DNA from: Squalus acanthias
Taxonomy: Eukaryota
Assembly (NCBI GenBank): GCA_030390025.1
Contig: JASTWF010000321.1
Location: forward strand, 434,001-498,000
Direction: 5' to 3'
Length of the DNA: 64,000 nucleotides
Of the stretch, positions 11,108 through 21,984 are shown piece after piece. The notes beneath the pieces are model-generated. The model had not been told where the DNA came from. It was given only the letters and a program-made list of their open reading frames with translations, and ran no database searches. The position numbers and the translations under genes are program-made. Positions within the stretch are counted from its first letter, which is position 1; the number at the start of each line of letters is the position of its first letter.

Positions 11108-14100
11108 CTAATTCCTGTATGGCCTCTGCCTTGGGCAGCCTCTGAGCAGCCTGTACGCCTGGGCGTAAGGTGGCCTGTACCGCAGGACCCGGAGAGTCCT
11201 TCTTAAAACGGCTGAGGGTTTCCCTGAATCCCTGATAATCCGGTGAGTGTCCCCTCCTGTGCTACAGCACACTACCCCCTTTGGTGTGGCTGCTGAGTCC
11301 CTGTCCTGTCCTTTGGGTTCCCCGCAGCCTGAGGCCGCAGGCTGGGGATCCCTCTTCTTAGAATGACCACTGACTTTGGGTATTCTCTTTCGGGTTGTGG
11401 CCCTTGCTGGGCTGAACCATTGAAACTCTGGTGACCACGGTCGTTTTGGCTGTGGTGTGCGAGGAGACCTTCTCAGGACTCTGGCTACCGGGGGTGCGTC
11501 CAAGTCCCACATAATTGGTGGGGTAGCCCCTCCGGTGACACAAGCCACTGCCCCTACCGGTGCGGTCTGTGAGTCTGCCACAGCTGCTGGCTGAGGCTCT
11601 CTAACTTTAGGGTGGTTTGCCCTTGCTGGCTGTTCCCCTTTGGATTTAAACAGCTTACACTGGTTAATGTGGAACCACTTGGTGCGGCGGGGCATCTTTA
11701 TGGCGTAGACCATGGGGCTTGCCTTGTCGACAATGCTGTACGGCCCCATGTACAGTGGTTCGAAACTCCCTACCCGGGCAAAATTCCTAACCATGACCTG
11801 ATCCTCTATCTCCCACTCGTGGTGCTTGCGGGGTTCTAGCAGCAGTCGGATACTCCGATGCTGTTTTCCCATGTTGCTAGCAGCCTGCCAGTGAACCTGT
11901 TTAAGGTGTTCAAACAGATTCCTGACAAAGCTGTCCCAGTTGACCTCACTGAGCTTGACCCTCTGTGAGCACCGGGTCTAGCACATGGGTGGGGATCCAC
12001 ATAATCCTACCAGTCATGAGCTGGTGTGGGGAATACCCCGTGCTTTTTGACTGGCTGGCTCGGATCCCCATTAGGACCAACGGTAAGACTTCTACCCACT
12101 TCTTGGGTGAGTCTCCCGTTTCCTTCCGTAGCCTTTCCTTAATGGTACGGTTTAAACGCTCCACAGGACCCGATGACTGCGGGTTGTGGGCGACGTGCCA
12201 TTTCCCTTCAATGCCGAGTACCCTGAGGGTCTCTTGCATGACCTGCCCGGTAAAATGACTCCCCTGGTCGGACTCCACATACTGCGGTAGGCCCCATCGT
12301 GAGAACACTTCCCTGACCAGGATCCTAGCCGTACCCAATGCAGTAGCAGTACGGCATGGGAACGCTTCCACCCACTTCGAGAACACATCCACCAGGACTA
12401 GGCAGTACTTAAAGCCTCCCTGGGCGGTGGGTAGGGGCCCAATGTAATCGACCTGGATCGACTGCCATGGTCCCTCTACCCTCCTGATGTGTCCCATAGA
12501 TACCTTCCTTTTCTGGGGGTCTGGGTTGTTAGCAGCACACACCAAACAGCCGGCACAAAACTCGCGGACCTCTTCCCTGAGTCCTGGCCACCATCCTGTC
12601 TGTTCCACCCGTTGCCAGGTGGTCTCAGGTCCGGGATGTCCCGCTCCTGGACCCTCATGGGCCAGTTGGAGGAATTCCCTTCGGTGCTGCTGCGGCACCA
12701 CCCACTGCTCCCCCCTGAACAGCATGCCTTCCTTAATGGTGATGGCTGCTGTGCCGTACGGGCCCTCTATCTTTTCCCCTTTTTCCAGGGCGTTCAGGAC
12801 GGCCTTGAGGACGGTATCCTGGGCTTGGGCCTGCTTTAAGTCCGGGGCCAAGGCTACCCCCTGGGTGCCTCCCTTGCTCCGGATTGCGGCTACTGGACCT
12901 GTTTGGTACAGATCCCAGAATACCCTTTCCCTGGCCCCCTGTTTGGCCAGCTCGTCTGCCTTACAGTTACTCTCCCACCTGGGCTCTGTCTTTGAATGGG
13001 CCTTGACCTTATGGATATAGACCTTCCCTTCCTCCCCCACGGCCGCCATGATTTTCTCCAACAGGGGCTTTATGGTGAGGGGTCTCCCATCAGCGGAGGT
13101 ATAGCCGCGACGGGACCAGATGGCCAGGTACTCCGTACACGAATTGCATGTGAACATGCTGTCCGAGCAAATCGTGTATGGGGTAGGGAACTTCTCGGGG
13201 TGTGTAACCACGTACACTACCGCAGACAGTTCAGCCTGCTGGGCGCTCATGGTGCTGGGGAGTTTAATTGCCAGGGCAATGCCTGCCTCCTGGTCATAAA
13301 CTCCACACCCGGTGAGTCGCGCGCCAGCAGATACTGTGCTCGAACCGTCCACATAGATTTCGCGGCCTGTGGGGTGTATCCCGGCCTGAAAACCTATGTT
13401 GACTTCCCATACCCCTTCAATGGAACACCGGTGGGCAGTCCCTGGGTAGATCATGTTGGCTGCGAGCTTCAGCTCGCAGAGACCTTTCACCCTTAGGTCC
13501 ATCTGTGAGAGAAGCAGGGTCCAGCGAGCAATACGGGCACTGCTCACTGTCCCATCTTTGATTCTCCCATCTAGGAGCATCTGGGTGGGCGTGTGATGGG
13601 TGAGCAGGGTGATGGGAGATGTTCCTGTGAAGATCAATGATCTTTTCACAGCGCAGTGAGTGGCGAGGAGGTGCCTCTCACAGTTGGAATAGCCCTTCTC
13701 CACATCGGTGAGTATCCTGGAGGAGTAAACCACTGGTCTCAGCCGGTCGTGCCTCTCTTGGAGCAGCACGGCACTGAGACTGTCCCCACTGGCTGCCACC
13801 TCCAGGAAAAACTCCCTCTCCCCATCAATGGCCCCTAGAGCCGGCGCGGTCTGCAGATCTTTCTTTAACTTGAGAAATGCTGCCTCGCAACCCTCGTCCC
13901 AGGCCCACTCTACACCCTTGTGTAGGAGTCGGAGCAGAGGGGCTGCGGTGGCTGCGTAATCCTCAATGAAATCTCTGCAGTACCCGGTTAACCCTAGAAA
14001 GGATCTCACTCCTGTGACTGTGTTGGGGGCTGGTAACTCCTGCACTGCTTCCCTCCTAGCTTTGTCGATGGCCCTTTCCCCAGCGCACACAGTTAGTCCG

Positions 14101-15308
14101 AGGAATTTTACTTCCTGTTGGCCGATCTGTACCTTCTTTGGGTTCACTTTGAAGCCTTCTTGCCGGAGCAGCTCCAGCAGTTCAGCCAGTAGTGGACCGT
14201 GTTCCTCTCCCTCATCGGTGAACAGGAGTAGGTCATCCACATACTGTACCAACTGCCGGGGCCGGCTGAAGCCCTTCAAACAATTCGCCATGCATTGGTG
14301 AAAAATGCTAGGGCTGTTGTGGAAGCCCTGAGGTAGGCAGTTCCAGGTGTACTGTTGGCCTTTAAAAGTGAAGGCGAACTTGTACTGGTCCTCTCTTCGT
14401 AAAGGGATGGACCAAAACCCGTTGGAAAGGTCCAGCACTGTGAAAGTGGTCGCAGATGCTGGGATACTTCCGATGAGGTCGGTGATGGCTGCTACCGTGG
14501 GTGCACAGGCGGGGATGTTACGGTTGAGTACCCGATAGTCCACTGTGGCCCTCCAGGAGTTGTCCGGTTTTCTAACCGGCCACAGTGGAGAGTTTACGTG
14601 GGTGGCTATCGGTCTCAATACCCCCTGTGTTACTAAAGAAGCCATGGCCGTTTCCATGTCTGCTTCCGCCTCCCTGGGGAAATTGTATTGCTTCTGTGGT
14701 CGGGTCATGGGATCCCCGCTGACACTAACCTCAACCCCGTTTACCCTCCCACAATCGTGCTTGTGAGTGGCAAATGCTGCGAGATGTGCTCGCACAAATG
14801 CCTGGTATGCCATCGGAGTGTTACTGACCATTTGTTCGAGGTCATAACCTTCCTTTGGTTTCAGGGTGCACAAGGTCCTCTTGCCCTGTTTCCCTGGGAT
14901 GACTGCCACTTCACTTTCTCTGCCAGTACGTGCTCCCCACAGACAGTGGTTCCTAAGATCCACTAGAATCCTGTGGCCTGTGATAAAGTCGGCCCCCAGG
15001 ATCCCCATCCCTTCCCGCTCCCATTTCATCAGGACACAGGTCCACTTGGTGTGGAGTGCTCCTAAATGAATGGACAGCGGGATGGAGAACGAGCCAGCCT
15101 GCTTGTTACCTGTAAACCCCACTAAGCTGTACGGGACCCCATTAGACAGAGGTGAGGCGGCGGGGTTGGCTGAATAGACTATGGTGCTGGAAGCTCCAGT
15201 ATCTAACAGATAAGTCCCTTTCACCTTCTCCACCTCCATCCTAACGAGTGTTCTCTTCCATGCGTCGTACTCCAGGGGACACAGGTAGACAGGCTGCGCT
15301 GGCTCGAG
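11108..15308 (-). pseudogene. pol: pol: protease, RT, degenerate RNase H (tether), second RNase H, integrase with GPY/F motif; one frameshift near 11946
   Basis: LLDTGAS; LPQGFHNSP and QYVDD; FFLEVAAS...PVVYSSR; IYVDGS, SAQQAELSA, SDS, KVKAHS, NCKADELAK; HHCC; QVDY, SDQG, VERLN; YMGPY. Confidence 0.95.
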
Positions 15309-17050
15309 TCATAAGTCTGCGTTAGGGGGGGCAGATGGGGTTAAAGCACCAGTGGCGGTGGCTACTTTCCCCGGGCCGTTTACTAGAGCTCGGATCGCAG
15401 CCATGACCGAGTCTAACGTGGGGGGAGAGGTCGGTGCTTCGGTGCTCGGGGCAGGAGCTGGAGAGTTCTTCCCTATGTTATCCTTCCACGGATTCCTGCA
15501 GTCTTTTCTCCAATGCCAACTCTTCCCGCACCCGAAGCAGTTACGCTTCGTGTCGGAAAGGTTACCCCCTTCCTGGTGCCACTCTTTCTTTTTGCTAGGC
15601 CTTATTTCATGTACCTTTCCCTTAGGTGGGTGCTCTTCTGTCCCTCTACCGTTCCGGTAAGCCAGGGTCAGTTGTCTGACCACTGTCTCCTCGGTGACCT
15701 GGGGGTCTTTCGGGTCAAACAACAGCTCAGCCTTGGCCCTGATCCGTGGCAAGCTGTTTGCCACTAGGCTTCGGAGCCAGTGGGCCAGCTCATCCTGATT
15801 CAGGTGAGCCTGGTCGAGAACTCCATTACAGGCACTCCTGTACACAGGCCACAGTCGGTCTGCGAAAGCCTGTGGGGTCTCCCCTACTAGCTGGGTTGTC
15901 TTCTCCACCCGGGAGAAGGGACTACCATCATTCATTCCCATGGCCTCCAGAACTCCCTCTCGGATAGCGGCGTATCCACCCTGCCCTCTTTTACTCTCTG
16001 CGGAGAGGGACTGGTAGATTTTACTATCTAGGAAGAACAGGAGCATCTTTGCCATCTCGGCATCATCACAATCGTTGATGCCCCCGCTGCCTGTTCCACT
16101 TCCATGAAGTGGACCGAGGGGTGAGCTTGCCCAGGTGGCTTATCATAGCCCTAAGCTGTTGGGTGCCGTGCGGAGCCACGAATTGGCTTTCAAGGGGTCC
16201 TTGACCCCCACCACCGCCGGGCGGGCCGAACATTTGCTGCCGGACCGGGCACATCGGCCCCGGCTCCAACCTTTCCTGCATTGGTTCGCCCTCCCCTCCC
16301 TGCTGCCAAACCGAGTTAAAACCCGGCGCCACAGGTGGTGGTGGTGTGCTCTCCCTGCCAGCCTCACAAATCGCCCGTCCCTCCTGCTGCCCAACCGGGT
16401 CGTTCCCAAGGCGTCACAGGTGGCGTCCGAACAGTTTCCCCCTGCCCCTCCAGATCCACCCGGGCCGCACCCGGGCTTAGTAGGCATACCATGCCTTTCG
16501 CCCTGGACAGAGCAAGGTTCAAATTCTCTATTTGTTTCTGGCAGGGGCCGTGATCTCCCGCCTCATACACCCTAATTCTTGCTATCTTGTAAGCTGCCTG
16601 GACGTCTCTCAACCTCTCCTCCTGCTCTCTTACTTGTTTGGCCAAGCGGGCGTTCTCTTCCCGTAACACCAGCTCACTGGTTTTAGCTTCGGTGACCTGA
16701 CACTGAAAATATTCCTGCCTGTTCCTATGTGTTTCCACTAACTGCATTTTTTCCTGATTTCGGGTGGTTAGTTCATTCAGTAATGTTTCCCCTGCTAGGG
16801 CCCTTGCTTGAGACAGCTGAGCAGACTCCTGCAGCTCTGCCTTAAGTCCCTCAACATGTTTGTCTAACAGCTGGATCTGTCGCTGGGAGCAGATCAACCA
16901 GATGGCTTTCTCCACAGATTTCTTGTGGTCTTTGCTCTCAGTCCATTTAGCTGCAGCGTCTATTGGACGCTCAGCACGCAACAGACTGAGTACCCATTTC
17001 TTGGTTATGTTCACTTTCTCGAACACATAAGAGGAAATCCTCTCTTCCAT
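15309..17050 (-). pseudogene. gag: gag with N-terminal coiled coil and CCHC zinc knuckle, frameshifted
   Basis: ATG in good Kozak context at 17050 (aagATGG). Coiled-coil-like ORF to about 16500; CFGCGKSWHWRKDC knuckle in ORF 15309-16055. Pieces lie in different frames. Confidence 0.85.
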
Positions 17051-17101
17051 CTTGGTTCTCTCCTCAAAAACAGTGTCCACTGCATCACATCCCTTTTGCC
17101 A

Positions 17102-18569
17102 AGGTCAGCTTCACCTCTGACTTCTGAGCGGTTCGAATCGTTCCCACTCCCTTGGTTCTAGACCTTGGACTTATTTGGGGGTTGTGACAAAAAGTGCAGC
17201 AGACAACTGGTTTTGATGCAAGAACTTTGATCTTTATTGAAGAAAGTAAAACACAACACAAATACTCTTAACACTCTAAAAGTGGGGAACACTTCGGTAC
17301 AAGCGAGGGAAATAACATTAGAAGAATACTTCACCCCTCCCAATCCCACTTCGCTAGCTAGGTTGGACTCCAGAGGATCAGGGATGATACTCACCAGAAT
17401 CCTTGACAGTTAGGTTAGTTCGCGGTTTTGGAGTTCACTCTATATGTCGGTTGGTGTCTGCCGTACCCCGTAGGCGGTAGAGGACTTCAACTGCGTATCT
17501 GGTCAGTCTTCGCGAGTCCGCTGATGCGGTAGGGTGCGTATTGGATTTATCAGGTGAGTACCACTTTTCTTTGGTTAGAAGTAGGGTTTAGAGTTTTTTT
17601 AAGGGAAATTCTTACCCAGGGGTAAGTCAGGAGTAGATTGTAGAGTGGAAACTTTGCGGATCTTCGGTTTTTCTTCGAGTTGGTTTTCATTGGTCGCGGT
17701 GGCCCAAATATTGGTACTTGGTGTACGGTTGGTTGTTTCGTGAGGGCCTTGTTGCCGCGAGGTGTCCGATGGTCACTGAGGCGGTCGTTCTGGTTTCTTC
17801 TCGTGTCAGCCTACTTTGTTGGATGGTCTGGCCTTCGAGCTGTCGACCTCCTGGCTGGACACGGAATGCTGAACGGTGGTGTTGCAGAACTGTGTTGCGG
17901 AGAATGCCTCCGTCGATGTCTTCTTGTTCTTCCTTCCTCTTCTTCTTTTTCAGGTTGAGAACGGGCCTTCAATTATACCCATTGAAGCTCCCTTATCTGC
18001 GCGCCAAATCAGGTCTCGGTCTTTGTTAGATTTTGGCGGGCTCGATAACGGTAACTGGTTTGTTAAGGTGTGAAGTGGTTCCGGGATTGCCCCATCCTGT
18101 CGATTTACCACTTAATCGGAGTTTGTTTATTCTTATGTTTTGGGTTTTTCTTGGCTGGGCCTAGGATTTCTATAGAGTAGGCCGAAGTAATCTGTTTTAT
18201 GCATGTCTTAATGGGCTCTGTAACTTGGGGTGGAGACTGGTTTTCCTCGGGTTTATTGTTAGGATGCTAATGTCTGATAGGGGCCGATTTAAACTCCCAG
18301 TGAGATCATGTGGTTCCCCAGACAGTTTCCATTAGCTCCAATACCCAAACTGTTTTTACAGAGGTTGATCTCACCTTCCTTCACAGCCTTTTCTCCCTTA
18401 CAAGCCCAGACATGTTTTAAAAATACCAAATCTTGGTTTTTGCTCAAAATGTCCTTCGGTTAGGCCCAATGCACTTCACCACCCTGTAATAGCTAGAAAA
18501 GAGTCCAAAGTCTTTTTCCTTAGGGTTTTTCTTAGTGTTAGGGGATCTGTGAATTTTGAGAATCTTACA
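17102..18569 (-). mobile_element. LTR of the ERV (about 1.47 kb)
   Basis: Begins TGTAAG immediately after the PPT. TATAAT at 17972-17977, AATAAA near 17233, homologous to the solo LTR. Confidence 0.85.
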
Positions 18570-18580
18570 GTCCCCCCTCT
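18570..18580 (-). promoter_or_regulatory. Polypurine tract (agaggggggac) preceding the LTR
   Basis: Plus strand gtcccccctct directly abuts the LTR end cttaca. Confidence 0.85.
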
Positions 18581-18863
18581 GATACTTTACTCGCTAGAGT
18601 ATCATACTGGGTGAGCAAAATTCCTGATCTCCGAGAGCCAACCTTCCCCTGTAGTTTACCTATCTAAGACCCAAAACACACATTTCCCTTTAGGTGTAGT
18701 GTTCAGATGCAGACACAGGTAAGAATTCAGTTACTTTCACATCCAAGCACAGAGGGGGTCCAGCACCCCTGCACCACTTGGAAAAACACAGTACATACAT
18801 AGTAAAAAATAATACACGGTCACAAAAACTTTATATATTTTAATAAAACAACTAAGGCTTGCC

Positions 18864-19716
18864 CTAAACCTGGCCATAGGCTTTATTGTAATGCTGGTCC
18901 CATGCTTTCTCATGTCGGGATCGGAGCACTCTGTCCTTTCCCTTGCATTTTGTGCACAGTAAGTAGACAACTATACCAAGCTGGCAGACCACTAAAATGT
19001 GGGAAGCCATTCTGATCCAGGAAGGGACCTCTGTATTTTTGAAAATATCCCACCAGGGTGGAATTATGATGCCCGAAATCTCAGCCCCTATCTCGACTGT
19101 CTTTTGTTCCAGAGTGTAGAAATGTTTTTGTGATACTTCTACTGCTTTGAGTAGGGCAGTAAGATGTTCGGGTAGAGGGGGAATCTTATAGCTGAAGAAT
19201 GTGACATCGTTTTGCAGGTTGGTGATGTTTTCCCTGACAGTGAGGTGAACAGTGGAAGGTTCAGGAATGGGGACAATCCGTTCCTGGGCCACTTGAACTT
19301 CTGCCTCGGGTTTAAAGCAGAAACTGCTGTCACTCACCGGACACCAAATGTGCTGTCCATGCTGGTGGGGCTTGTGTCAATATGTCCCACCCGCTATGAA
19401 TGCTGCCTGTGGGGGAACATGGCCTTGTGCCATTACCTCCATGGTACAGTTGATAGGCCGTGCACCTGCAGCTTTAAAGCTGCACTGTGGTCTAGAATAG
19501 GCATTCAAGTGCTGGGGACACAATATTATGTGTGCACCCCGGCTCCGGCACCCGGAGAGGTCAGTACCTGTCATAGCGTGCTCCCACTTTATGACATAAG
19601 GTGGGACTGCTGCGAAATGGACGTGTGCACCCCCTTGAATGATCTCAATGTTCTCCACCCTGTATACCGGTGCGGGTCGGGCTGTCCCACCCATGACCGG
19701 CATCCTCACTACTATC
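18864..19716 (-). pseudogene. env: env, 3' half: Cys-rich region, heptad, transmembrane helix and cytoplasmic tail
   Basis: ORFs 19377-19718 and 18864-19337 are in one frame with a single TGA. TM-like ILVVCQLGIVVYLLC followed by a basic tail; joins the env 5' half in frame. Confidence 0.85.
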
Positions 19717-21984
19717 ATAATATGATAGAATTCTTCATTAAGATGGAGAGTGAAGTAGTTGACTCAGAGACTAGGGTCCTGAATTTAAATAAAGGAAACT
19801 ACGATGGTATGAGGCGCGAATTGGCTAGGATGGACTGGGGAACATTACTTAAAGGGTTGACGGTGGATAGGCAATGGCAAACATTTAAAGATCGTATGGA
19901 TGAACTACAGAATTTGTTCATCCCTGTTTGGCATAAAAATAAAACAAAAAAGGTGACTCAACCGTGGCTAACAAGGGAAATTAGGGATAGCATAAGATCC
20001 AAGGAGAGGACATATAAATTGGCCAGAAAAAGCAGCAAACCTAAGGATTGGGAGCAGTTTAGGATTCAGCAAAGGAGGACAAAGGGATTAATTAAGAGGG
20101 GGAAAATAGAGTATGAGAGTAAGCTGGCAGGGAACATAAAAACTGACTGTAAAAGCTTCTGTAGATATGTGAAGAGAAAAAGATTGGTGAAGTCAAGCGT
20201 AGGTCCCTTGCAGTCAGAATCAGGGGAATTTATAATGGGGAACAAAGAAATGGCAAACCAATTAAATACATACTTTGGTTCTGTCTTCACAAAGGAGGAC
20301 ACAAATAACCTCCCAGAGATGTCGGGGAACATCGGGTCTAATGAGAGGGAGGAACTGAATGAAATCAGTATTTGTAGGGAAATGGTATAAGGGAAATTGA
20401 CGGGATTGAAGGCCGATAAATCCCCAGGGCCTGATAATCTACATCCTAGTGTACTTAAGGAAGTGGCCCTAGAAATAGTAGATGCATTGCTGGTCATCTT
20501 CCAAAATTCTATAGACTCTGGAACAGTTCCCATGGATTGGAGGGTAGCTAATGTAACCCCATTATTTAAAAAGGGTGGTAGAGAGAAAACGGGAAATTAC
20601 AGACCGGTAAGCCTGACATCGGTAGTGGGGAAAATGCTAGAGTCCATTATAAAAGATGTAATAGCAGAGCACTTGGAAAACAGTGACAGGATCGGACAAA
20701 GTCAACATGGATTTACAAAAGGTAAATCATGCTTGACTAATCTACAAGGTGTAACTGGTAGAATAGATAAGGGAGAACCAGTAGATGTGGTGTATTTGGA
20801 CTTTCAGAAGGCTTTCGATAAGGTCCCGCATAAGAGATTAGAGTGCAAAGTTAAAGCACATGGGATTGGTGGGGGTAAGGTACTGACTTGGATAGAAAAC
20901 TGGTTGGCAGACAGAAAGCAAAGAGTTGGAATAAACGGGTCTTTTTCCGAGTGGCAGGCAGTGACTAGTGGGTTACTGCAGGGATCGGTGCTAGGACCCC
21001 AGCTATTCACAATATATATTAATGATCTAGACGAGGGAAGTAGCTGTAATATCTCCAAGTTTGCAGACGACACAAAGCTGGGTGGGCGTGTGTGCTGTGA
21101 GGAGGTTGCAGAGAAACTGCAGTATGATTTGGACAGGTTGGGGGATTGGGCAGATGCATGGCAGATGCATGGATAAATGCGAGGATATCCACTTTGGTGG
21201 CAAAAACAGGAAGGCACATTATCTGAACGGCAATAGATTGGGAAAAGGGGAAGAGTAACGAGACCTGGGTGTCCTTGTGCACCAGTCGCTGAAGGTACGC
21301 ATGCAGGTGCAGCAGGCGGTTAAGAAGGCAAATGGTATGTTGGCCTTCATAGCGATTCGAGTACAGGAGCAAGGATGTCTTGCTGCAGTTGTACAGGGCC
21401 TTGGTGAGACCACACCTTGAGTATTGTGTGCAGTTTTGGTCGCCTTATCTGAGGAAGGATGCTTTTGCCATGGAGGGAGTGCAGCGAAGATTCACCAGAC
21501 TGATACCTGGGATGGCAGGAATGACGTATGAAGAGAGATTGGGTCGATTAGGCTTATATTCGCCAGAGTTTAGAAGAATGAGAGGGGATCTCATTGAAAC
21601 TTATAAATTTCTAACAGGACTAGACAGACTAGATGCAGGAAGGATGTTCCCGATGGTGGGGGAGTCCAGAACCAAGGGTCACAGTCTAAGGATAAGGGGT
21701 AAGCCATTTAGGACTGAGAGGAGGAGGAATTTCTTCACCCAGAGAGTGGTGAACCTGTGGAATTCTCTACCACAGAAGGCAGTTGAAGCCAATTCATTAA
21801 ATATCTTCAAGAAGGAGTTAGATATATTTCTTAAAGCTAAAGGGGATCGAGGGATATGGGGAGAAAGCAGGGACAGGGTACTGAGTTTGGATGATCAGCC
21901 AGGATCTCATTGAATGGCGGAGCAGGCTCGAGGCGCCCAATGGCCTACTCCTGCTCCTATTTTCTATGTTTCTATGTTTCTATG
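19716..21984 (+). mobile_element. CR1 LINE family A, copy 2
   Basis: Near-identical to copy 1 over long stretches; RT motifs; (ttctatgt)n tail at 21960-21984. Confidence 0.95.

Larger units (their letters stand above)
9420..19716 (-). mobile_element. Endogenous retrovirus-like element (lokiretrovirus-like), circularly permuted with a single internal LTR
   Basis: Minus-strand order env3' - PPT - LTR - gag - pol - env5'. pol has a dual RNase H arrangement; env is F-like. Confidence 0.9.

Noticed and set aside
19212..20390. 392 aa plus-strand ORF that looks like a Cys-rich domain fused to LINE ORF2
   Set aside because: Chimera of antisense env and the CR1 5' junction; no sign of a real gene.
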